DNA of 64,000 bases, taken from a virus (taxonomy: Duplodnaviria; Heunggongvirae; Uroviricota; Caudoviricetes). How positions within the stretch are numbered: position 1 is the stretch's first letter; each line of letters starts with the position of its first letter. Shown one piece after another: positions 47,817 through 55,218 of the stretch. The stretch lies in the IMG/VR virus record IMGVR_UViG_3300046543_000050; one strand, written 5' to 3'. Below the pieces are notes generated by a model. The model did not search any database. It saw nothing but the letters and a program-made list of their open reading frames with translations, and was not told the DNA's origin. The position numbers were made by a program, and so were the translations under genes.

Positions 47817-47835
47817 TTCTCAAGATTTTCGTTTG

Positions 47836-47843
47836 TATAAATA
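47836..47843 (+). promoter_or_regulatory. Canonical T4 late promoter TATAAATA for the tRNA cluster
   Basis: Exact match 16 nt before tRNA-Met. Confidence 0.75.
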
Positions 47844-47858
47844 GAAGACCAGTTTTAA

Positions 47859-47932
47859 TGCGGGTTCGCAAGGTGCGACACTAGTCTCATAAGCTAGTCT
47901 GGGAGGGGTTTCGATTACCCCGCCCGCAACCA
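47859..47932 (+). tRNA. tRNA(CAT), Met or Ile2, with shortened D arm
   Basis: TGCGGGT/GCCCGCA acceptor, CTAGT-CTCATAA-GCTAG, GGGGT-TTCGATT-ACCCC, CCA. Confidence 0.8.
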
Positions 47933-47940
47933 GTTTCAAT

Positions 47941-48016
47941 TCCTCGGTAGCTCAGTTGGTAGAGCAGCGCACTGTTAATGCGCCGGTCACAGGTTCGAAC
48001 CCTGTCTGGGGAGCCA
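47941..48016 (+). tRNA. tRNA-Asn(GTT)
   Basis: Canonical TAGCTCAGTTGGTAGAGC D arm, CTGTTAA loop, GGTTCGAACC, CCA. Confidence 0.95.
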
Positions 48017-48119
48017 AGAGCATAGGTTGTCGGTGACGATATTGTGAGATAGGAACCGAACTAATGGTGGATGGTAATGTATCCGACTTGACTGTCTCCA
48101 CTCTAGGTCAAGTCACTAT

Positions 48120-48194
48120 ATGTCGGTGTTCCAACGGTAAGATGCAGGACTCCAAATCCTTGCGATCAGGGTTCGATTCCTTGCCGACATGCCA
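48120..48194 (+). tRNA. tRNA-Trp(CCA)
   Basis: ATGTCGG/CCGACAT acceptor, G73, AGGA-CTCCAAA-TCCT, GGTTCGATTCC, CCA. Confidence 0.88.
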
Positions 48195-48202
48195 AGAATA
48201 TC

Positions 48203-48279
48203 GGGGTTGTAGCTGAGACGGTCCAAGCGCCGGTTTGAAAAACCGGAGTACGTTGGTTCAATTCCAACCGGCCCCACCA
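48203..48279 (+). tRNA. tRNA-Phe(GAA)
   Basis: GGGGTTG/CGGCCCC acceptor, CCGGT-TTGAAAA-ACCGG, GGTTCAATTCC, CCA. Confidence 0.9.
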
Positions 48280-48336
48280 AGAACAATATACAAGGCCAAT
48301 TGCGGGGAATCACTTTAATTAAGGCTTTTGTAGAAA

Positions 48337-49278
48337 ATGCAGAATAGTAAGTTGTACGTAATTGCAGTCGCTTCGAATCCGGTCAGATATGAAAGTCGCA
48401 TCCGACTGTTCCACGAGTTCGCGGCACGCATGGAAGCAACACCAAACGTCCAGTTGATTCGCGTCGAACACGCTCTGGGTCGTCGGCCTCACGAAGTGAC
48501 TGATGACAAATGTCCGTGGCACGTTCAGTTGCGTGGCGGTTCGGAATACGAACTGTGGATCAAAGAAGGCATGATCAACGCGGGCCTCAAGCATCTGTAC
48601 AAGATGGACCCGAATTGGGAATACGTGGCATGGGTTGATGCCGACATCGCTTTCGATGATCCTGATTGGGCGCTGGAAACGATCCATGCCTTGCAGCACT
48701 ACAGCGTGGTACAACCGTGGTCGATGTCGTATGATCTTGGCCCTGACGGTAAGCAAGTGATTCACGCAGCATCGTCGTTTGGACATGACTATGCGACCCA
48801 AGAGAAGCGTCGTCCGTGGGCGATCTATGAGGAATCCTATCATCCGGGTTACGCATGGGCGGCAACGCGAGAAATGATTGACGGTCTGGGCGGCAAGGTC
48901 ATCGACTGGTGTCCTCTCGGTGCAGCGGACCATCACATGGCACACGCGTTCACTGGCAACATCTGGGCGGCTGTCCCGGCACAATTGGGTTCATCGTATC
49001 GTCGTCGTGCATCACAGTTTCAGATGCTTTGCGACAGGTATGTGAAGCACAACTTTGGTTATGTCGAAGGCAACATCCGACATTACTGGCATGGTCCGAA
49101 GCGTAAGCGCTACTACATTGAGCGCAACGACATTCTGGTTCGTAATCGTTTCGACCCAGATTGGGACATCGCAGTAGACAACAATGGCGTACCGTTCTTG
49201 ACCGATGGTAAGCCGCAGTTCCGAGACGAGATTCGCTTGTACTTCCGGGCACGAGACGAAGATAGTTTGGAACAGTAA
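48337..49278 (+). CDS. GT-A-fold glycosyltransferase-like protein
   Basis: W.KE..IN.G, YVAWVDADI (DxD), QPWS, HPGYAWAATR, G..D..MA. Confidence 0.7.
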   Translation: MQNSKLYVIAVASNPVRYESRIRLFHEFAARMEATPNVQLIRVEHALGRRPHEVTDDKCPWHVQLRGGSEYELWIKEGMINAGLKHLYKMDPNWEYVAWVDADIAFDDPDWALETIHALQHYSVVQPWSMSYDLGPDGKQVIHAASSFGHDYATQEKRRPWAIYEESYHPGYAWAATREMIDGLGGKVIDWCPLGAADHHMAHAFTGNIWAAVPAQLGSSYRRRASQFQMLCDRYVKHNFGYVEGNIRHYWHGPKRKRYYIERNDILVRNRFDPDWDIAVDNNGVPFLTDGKPQFRDEIRLYFRARDEDSLEQ

Positions 49279-49340
49279 GCAGGATAGTGTTTAGACGTTC
49301 ATTTTGAGAAAACGTCCAATCAGGTGTGAAGCCTGTACAT

Positions 49341-49418
49341 CCGAGTGTAGCTCAGTCTGGTTAGAGCACTGCGTTTGGGGCGCAGGGGTCCAACGTTCGA
49401 ATCGTTGTACTCGGACCA
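49341..49418 (+). tRNA. tRNA-Pro(TGG)
   Basis: CCGAGTG/TACTCGG acceptor, CTGCG-TTTGGGG-CGCAG, CAACG-TTCGAAT-CGTTG, CCA. Confidence 0.93.
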
Positions 49419-49443
49419 ACAACTTTTACTTGTGAGACTCGAC

Positions 49444-49854
49444 ATGAAATTCGCACATACGAAACCCGCAGATACCGAATGGCGTGGTGATGGCCTTCGT
49501 GACTTCTTCCAGTACAAAGACCTTGGCATTCGAGATGCTACGGATGGCAAAGTAATCGCCCATCTGGTCCGTGCGAACAAAGCACCGACAGAAGGCACTG
49601 GCTGGCACAAGCACGTTCTGGACTTCCAGATCGTCGTCATGAACAAGGGTTGGGCGAAGTTCATGTATGGTGACAAGGTGACGCTGGTTGAAGCTGGCGA
49701 CGTGGTTCATCAGAATCCGGGCCTTGTGCATTACCTGTTCGATTACTCGCCAGACATGGAATATCTGGAAATCTGTTCCCCGGCTGACTTCGGTAGCCCT
49801 GCAACAGATGCACCTGAAGGCGCTGTCATTCCTGACGCGACGCCTTGGAAGTAA
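49444..49854 (+). CDS. Cupin domain protein (bacterial type)
   Basis: GLRDFF.Y.DLGI, TGWH.H..DFQ, GD.V.Q.PG..H; His-ligand cupin motifs. Confidence 0.85.
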   Translation: MKFAHTKPADTEWRGDGLRDFFQYKDLGIRDATDGKVIAHLVRANKAPTEGTGWHKHVLDFQIVVMNKGWAKFMYGDKVTLVEAGDVVHQNPGLVHYLFDYSPDMEYLEICSPADFGSPATDAPEGAVIPDATPWK

Positions 49855-49860
49855 AGATTA

Positions 49861-50007
49861 TCGGGGAACCTGTCCGTGTGTGAACGGATACCCGCGTGGA
49901 GCGGGAGAAGCAAATAAGTAGTGATCGAGTATGATCGGGAAGAAGTCACCGCCTGATGAAAGTCACTCAATACCTTCAAGTATGGTTCGATTCCTTGTCC
50001 CCGACCA
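49861..50007 (+). ncRNA. 147-nt tRNA-like stable RNA
   Basis: TCGGGGA/TCCCCGA terminal stem, GG-TTCGATT-CC T loop, 3' CCA, internal hairpins. Confidence 0.6.
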
Positions 50008-50205
50008 GTGTTAGCCCTTTGAGGCACAAATGAAGTGGAAGGACGCTTCCGCAAGTCGTCGGGTGCATAGTTCGTTGGTGATGTTTGCCACTTCCGAAAG
50101 GGGAGAACTATGGGCGGCGCTTCGGACGTGGGTTGGACCTATTCATAAAGTCTGGCCTTCGTTCCGGGATTGTTGTACATGATCAGAACAACTAACCTAT
50201 AGAGT

Positions 50206-50526
50206 ATGGAAAATCAACATCGCATCATCAAGGGCTATCGTGATCTGAGCGCAGGAGAAATTGCGTTGATGAACGAAGTCAAAGAAGTCGGTCAAACAAT
50301 GGCAACGCTTCTTCTCAAGGTAGAGAAGCACATCGAAAGTCAATATGACGCCGCGTACAACGAAGACCTCAACGCAAACGAACTTGAAGAAGTCAACGTT
50401 GACGAAGCCGAACTTGAACGCCTTGGAATAGCCGCACCGTATCACTGGCTGACCCTCGCGAAAGATGATCTTCAAACCGGCATCATGAAGTTGGTCCGCA
50501 CAGTCGCACAGCCGACCACGTTCTAA
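50206..50526 (+). CDS. acb2: Anti-CBASS cyclic-nucleotide sponge Acb2 (T4 Vs.4-like)
   Basis: MENQHRIIKGYRDLS..EI.LMN.VKE.G...WL..AK.DLQTGIM.LVR.VAQPTTF, closely matching the Acb2 family pattern. Confidence 0.9.
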   Translation: MENQHRIIKGYRDLSAGEIALMNEVKEVGQTMATLLLKVEKHIESQYDAAYNEDLNANELEEVNVDEAELERLGIAAPYHWLTLAKDDLQTGIMKLVRTVAQPTTF

Positions 50527-50635
50527 TGAAGACGCTCGAAGACCTCTGCTACGTCGCAGCAACAAAGGCGCGATACTGGCCGTACCTCGAAACCCACGTC
50601 AAACTGTGGTGGATCATGAACAAGTTCGGAAAGGT

Positions 50636-50878
50636 ATGAACGGTAGGCGTAGTCACTACGACATGAAACGGTTTGCGTCATACGTCGAACGACCGTTTAA
50701 CTGGCGCAAGCTGGCCTACCCTCTGAAGTGGATTCTGACTCGCATAGGAAAGACCGGTTACTGGTTCAATCAAACATTCATTCCGATGGGGAACTATGTC
50801 CATTATTGGATGCAAGGTGACGAAGCTCTCGCTCGATACAAACAACCGTATGATCCGCGTTGGTATCGGCAAAAATGA
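50636..50878 (+). CDS. Hypothetical protein
   Basis: AAGGT RBS; Trp/Tyr-rich. Confidence 0.5.
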   Translation: MNGRRSHYDMKRFASYVERPFNWRKLAYPLKWILTRIGKTGYWFNQTFIPMGNYVHYWMQGDEALARYKQPYDPRWYRQK

Positions 50879-50944
50879 AGGGCGATGGTTCTTCCGTGTT
50901 GACCTCTGGTCGATAGGATTCAGAATCACTAAATAACGAACACC

Positions 50945-51029
50945 GGAGTGGAAGCATCAACGGTGATGCAGGTGGCTGTAACCCACCCGCCTTCGGGCAC
51001 GCTAGGTTCGATCCCTAGACACTCCACCA
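50945..51029 (+). tRNA. tRNA-Tyr(GTA)
   Basis: GGTGG-CTGTAAC-CCACC, long V arm with TTCG loop, GGTTCGATCC, CCA; late promoter ACTAAATA at 50928. Confidence 0.93.
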
Positions 51030-51043
51030 ACGAATACAAAGCC

Positions 51044-51214
51044 ATGATGAAAAAATTCACAGACCTGACGTTCGAGCAACAAGAACAGTTGCGTAAGAAC
51101 CTGCACGAATACCAAGTGCAATCCGATCCCGTCACCCTCAAGTCGTATGTGCGCTTCATGGGTGAATCGGTCGAGTACCGTTCGATCACGGCCAACAGCA
51201 TCCTTCTGGGATAA
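51044..51214 (+). CDS. Hypothetical protein
   Basis: Second ATG region of the ORF, after tRNA-Tyr. Confidence 0.5.
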   Translation: MMKKFTDLTFEQQEQLRKNLHEYQVQSDPVTLKSYVRFMGESVEYRSITANSILLG

Positions 51215-51217
51215 TCG

Positions 51218-51421
51218 ATGGCTACGCTGACCACTGATCAACAAAGCGTCGTGAATGAGCGCGACGAACTGTCCCCGAAGCTGCAACGACTGAAGAACTT
51301 CGTGCAGTCCCCGGCGTTCGCGGCACTCGCCAATGACGAGAAGGAACGCCAGACGCGCCAAGTGTGGGTCATGGGTCTGTATCTGAACGTACTCAACGAA
51401 CGCATCGCAGCATTCTCCTGA
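51218..51421 (+). CDS. crAss001_48-like small helical protein
   Basis: V..ERDEL..KL..L..F.....F..L...E......Q...M..Y..VL.ERI..F pattern. Confidence 0.65.
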   Translation: MATLTTDQQSVVNERDELSPKLQRLKNFVQSPAFAALANDEKERQTRQVWVMGLYLNVLNERIAAFS

Positions 51422-51428
51422 ACAAACG

Positions 51429-51502
51429 AAACCCCAACATTGGAAACGATGTTGGGGTTTTTGCTTTTGGTGCTTGACAATGTATTCCCAAGTCTGTATA
51501 TT
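51429..51502 (+). promoter_or_regulatory. Terminator hairpin followed by an early promoter
   Basis: AAACCCCAACAT/ATGTTGGGGTTT plus T tract; TTGACA(51474)-17-TATATT. Confidence 0.7.
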
Positions 51503-51534
51503 TCTTCTCATGCGGACGAACAGGAGAGAACATC

Positions 51535-51816
51535 ATGAGTAAGCACGTTTGGCAACAGAACCCGGACGGTACGCGGACCTGCCTGACTACGATTCAACGT
51601 GATGCCCGTAAGATCGTCACGCTTCGCGGCACGAAATTCAAGATCGCGATCCCCGCCGACTGGTCCTCGGTGCAAACCGTATTCACCATTGGTAATGTTC
51701 GATTCAACCTGTATCGACAAGGCTTTGTAGAAGCTATCGATCCGATTCCGGCGTCATGGTTTGTCGATATTTCCGAAGGTGTCGAAGAATACCAAGAAGA
51801 ATTGGAAATTGCTTGA
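51535..51816 (+). CDS. Hypothetical early protein
   Basis: AGGAG RBS. Confidence 0.65.
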   Translation: MSKHVWQQNPDGTRTCLTTIQRDARKIVTLRGTKFKIAIPADWSSVQTVFTIGNVRFNLYRQGFVEAIDPIPASWFVDISEGVEEYQEELEIA

Positions 51817-51875
51817 CAGTAATTCCCACGTCTGTATAATCATTCACATCGACAACGCATCCGGGAGAACAAGAC

Positions 51876-52040
51876 ATGGCAACTACTCAAGAACTTTTCG
51901 CAGAGAAAGCTGCTGGTCGTCGTGCCTTCTACAACGGTGAGACGCCGCAGTTCCATCCGTCTGAATTCCCCGGCGAACTGTACGAAGCGTGGTATGACGG
52001 TTGGGACCAAGCGCGCAGTGAGGCCGACCGTGACGACTAA
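51876..52040 (+). CDS. Rmf/CrpP-like small protein (54 aa)
   Basis: Hand-translated MATTQELFAEKAAGRRAFYNGETPQFHPSEFPGELYEAWYDGWDQARSEADRDD; TTGACA-16-TATAAT promoter and GGGAG RBS. Confidence 0.6.
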   Translation: MATTQELFAEKAAGRRAFYNGETPQFHPSEFPGELYEAWYDGWDQARSEADRDD

Positions 52041-52197
52041 GCCCGATCCGCACCATACCTTCTACATCCTTGGCTACAACGACGCTAAGGATGTCAACCG
52101 CAAACGTCGCCGTGTTGTACCGTACATGTACAAGCTGTCATACGTGTCCGGTCGGTATGATGCCGTGACGAACAAAGAACCTCGGAGCGCGACATGA
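52030..52197 (+). CDS. Small protein with repeated Y..G..DA motif
   Basis: GTG start with GAGG RBS; FYILGYNDA and YVSGRYDA. Confidence 0.5.
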   Translation: MTTKPDPHHTFYILGYNDAKDVNRKRRRVVPYMYKLSYVSGRYDAVTNKEPRSAT

Positions 52198-52998
52198 CCA
52201 AGAAATTTCAAGTAGTGGCGTACCTGAAGACCGGTTCGACCGTGACGTACACGGAAGACATGACCGACACGTACAAGGCAAGGGCACGCGATCTGAGGAC
52301 TCACGCGGAACTCGATGCCCTTGAAGAAGAACTGTTCGTCGGTCTGAAACTGCGCAGTCAGTTCGAGAAGCGTGACGATTTTTCGACGTGGTACACGTCA
52401 TCCTACTGGACGGAATAACGCATGAAGCTTCTGCACCGTCTGAATGTGATGCTGGCCGGTCTGATCGAGTTCCGCAACCCGGTTGAACCGTTCTACACTG
52501 ACGCGCGGGACTACGTGTGGCGCAATCGTGGCCGCAATGTCGCGCATCGCATGACGTTTCATTTCTTCGAGTGGAGGGCATCATGGACAAGAGGAACGAT
52601 ACATACCGATTAGATTGGACGCTTATCCATCAACCGGTGTTTGATTCGGATTGGAAAAGCGGAAGGCATTGGATCGTGTTCCGCAAGGAAGGTCGGAAGT
52701 GCTTGGCCGAAGGTCAGACCTTCCGAGACTGCATCGACCGTGCCATGTACGATCTGTGGGTCTACGTCGATTGATTGGAGGGTCTATGACCAAGGTCGTC
52801 AGATTCGATGACTTCCGTATCACCGACTTCCACGAGTCTCCGACCCATGACGTGATCATCATTGTCACGTCTGGGAAACAATTCAAGGTTGTCCGTGCTG
52901 GTCGTGGATACAATGTCCACAATCGGGAATGCTTCGCGGAAGGGGTCCAGTTCTGTCGGACCATAACCGAAATGAAAAGTGTGATTCGAACAAAGTAG
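52194..52998 (+). CDS. Four small coupled hypothetical genes (52194-52418, 52422-52613, 52583-52774, 52786-52998)
   Basis: Tightly packed ORFs with GGAG RBSs on the last two. Confidence 0.55.
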
Positions 52999-53058
52999 TT
53001 GACAGGAATTCCCAGACCTGTATAATCCTTTCATCGACAACGCATCCGGGACCGAAAC

Positions 53059-53769
53059 ATGAAGCTGACCAAGGCAATGCAACAACTGGTTCTGGATGCG
53101 CAATCGGCTGGCTACACGGTGCGTCAAGGCGAGAACAATCTGGACATCGTGAAGCTGACGAAGCACGCCAAGCCCCGCGCCATCAAGGGTCTGCGCATCT
53201 GGGCTGACGGCAACGCCATCGACATCACGATGGACCTCGCAGCGGCAAAGGCCATTCGCACGCAGAAGGAATGGCGCAAGTTCCTCGGCATCTAAGGGAG
53301 ATAGATATGAACGAAGTTGTCATCGTACCGGAAGGTACTGAACGATTCCCGCTTGGTGTGTCCGTCGAGATTCGCACGGAAGGTGACACGAAGTACGTGA
53401 CGATTCTCGCGCGGCTTCATGTGAACAAGCGGTTCGAATTACCGCACTGCTATGCCGCCAAGTTCACGACCGCAGAAATTCTGCGTGACCATTCGTTCTA
53501 CAAGTATCTCAGTCGCTACAACTGATCGCGCCACGTCAACCAAACACAGGAGCTACACCATGAACGCACAACAACGCCGTATCGCAGTTCGCGCACTCCC
53601 GAAGCAAGGCGCGAAGATTGGTTATCTCTCCACGAAGGGCTTGATCGATGTCCGCGTTGGCGGTCGTGCAATCAACGCCAACGGCAAGCCGTCCTTCTTT
53701 CGCCTCAAGGTCACGAACCCGGCAACGCGCGGTCGTGCAACCCCGAAGCTGTCGCAGTTGGTGTATTAA
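53059..53769 (+). CDS. Three small early genes (53059-53295, 53307-53525, 53560-53769)
   Basis: Promoter TTGACA-16-TATAAT at 52999-53026; GGGA/GGAG RBSs. Confidence 0.6.
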
Positions 53770-53844
53770 ACCAAGTTTGGGGTTGACAACCAACCCCAAT
53801 TCTGGGATAATTCTTTCCATACCAACGAACACGGAGTTTCAGAC

Positions 53845-54234
53845 ATGACCAAGATCGCGACGCATGATCAGTTCGGAAACGCCTACGCAAACCCGCCGAC
53901 ACGACCAGACGTTCTTGGTCGTGTCGCGGAATTCTGCATCGCGCTGACTGCATACTGCAACCATGTGAACATCAACAAGTCGATGTACCAATTGATCATC
54001 GCGCCCGAAGTTGGCAAGAAGTACGCCCGCATCGTGCGCCGCGAATCATGGAATGGTGCTGATCCGACGAACGGTTCGGTCCATTGCTTCATCGACCTCG
54101 CGAACGGCGACATCCTGAAGGCCGCATCGTTCAAGGCACCGGCAAAGGGTGTCCGTGGAAACATCTTCAAAGAAGATTTCGACATCGGCGTAGGCAAGGC
54201 CGTTGGCGAATTCGGTACAGCTTACCTTCGTTAA
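53845..54234 (+). CDS. Conserved T4-like hypothetical protein
   Basis: KKYARI...SVHCFID...GDI.KAASFKAPAKGVRGNI motif, recalled from cyanomyovirus-type phages; own hairpin promoter at 53777-53811. Confidence 0.7.
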   Translation: MTKIATHDQFGNAYANPPTRPDVLGRVAEFCIALTAYCNHVNINKSMYQLIIAPEVGKKYARIVRRESWNGADPTNGSVHCFIDLANGDILKAASFKAPAKGVRGNIFKEDFDIGVGKAVGEFGTAYLR

Positions 54235-54244
54235 GGGGAACGTC

Positions 54245-55042
54245 ATGAAATGGATGCTGTGGTTCTGTGGTGGTGTTGTGACGGTGGTCATGCTTGGCGC
54301 TGTCGCCGTGGCGATGACCGATCACACGGAATATCCGGTCAGCCCTGAAGTCGCGTATCAACGAGAGGCACAGGCGGTCACGGATCGGTTCAAGTTGGAA
54401 GATGCTAAGACGGCTTGCGCCAAGGCCGTGTTTGACCGCGAGACGCGTCCTATCAACCATTCGCTTCAGTGGTATGACGCGGATGTGAAAGAGAAGTGTG
54501 CTGGCTTGTCCATCCACGGTAAAGCCATCGAATAACCCTCAAGGAATACGAAGTGAAGAAGTGGTTCAGTGATCGTTGGAATACTCTCAAACGCGCCGCA
54601 GCGTACCTTCGTGGCGCTTTCTCTTATAAGGTTGGCGCTCTGTACGTGGCCCTCTGGATTCAATGGGCGCTGTCCTATCAACCTCTCACCCATCTATTCA
54701 TCACCTTCGCGATTGTGGCTGTGATCGACGGTCTTTCGTACCGTCAAGGCATCGCCACTGAACGCAACTGGAAGAAATAAAATGACCGAAGAAGTAAAAG
54801 TAGAAAATGTAGAAGCGGAAGAAGTTAAGTTGTACGAAGTACGCCTCTACATGAAGTCGGGCAACATCATCGAGATGTCGAACCTGTTGTCGTTCGATTT
54901 CTCGAATAGCTACTCGTCCAAGAGCATTACGTGGAAGTACCATCCTGACGACAATACGTTCAATGTCATGGGCGGGAATTCACTGGACCTCGACCAGATC
55001 GAAGCAATCACCACGCGGGAACAAGAAGGATTCAAACTGTGA
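54245..55042 (+). CDS. Three small genes (54245-54535 and 54553-54780 with membrane segments; 54782-55042)
   Basis: Hydrophobic helices; RBS-preceded starts. Confidence 0.55.
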
Positions 55043-55218
55043 TGAACTTCCATGTCTTGTATGTCTGGATGTCGGCCCCGTTCGTGTTCATGATGCCCGA
55101 ACCGAACCGCTGGCAAATGATGCATGAATATCTCGGCATCGACAAACATCAACTGATCCCGAACATCCCCGGCTGTTAAACAAAAACTAGATGAAGTAGA
55201 GAAGGAAGAAAACAAAGA

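Noticed and set aside
49375-49443. ORF start overlapping tRNA-Pro; likewise ORFs 47410-47595 and 50948-51043 over tRNA genes
   Set aside because: These stretches are tRNA sequence and the reading frames are incidental
49861-50007. tmRNA or hammerhead ribozyme (CTGATGA present at about 49953)
   Set aside because: Too short for tmRNA, with no tag ORF or Ala G-U identity pair; CTGATGA is not followed by stem II and GAAA in hammerhead geometry
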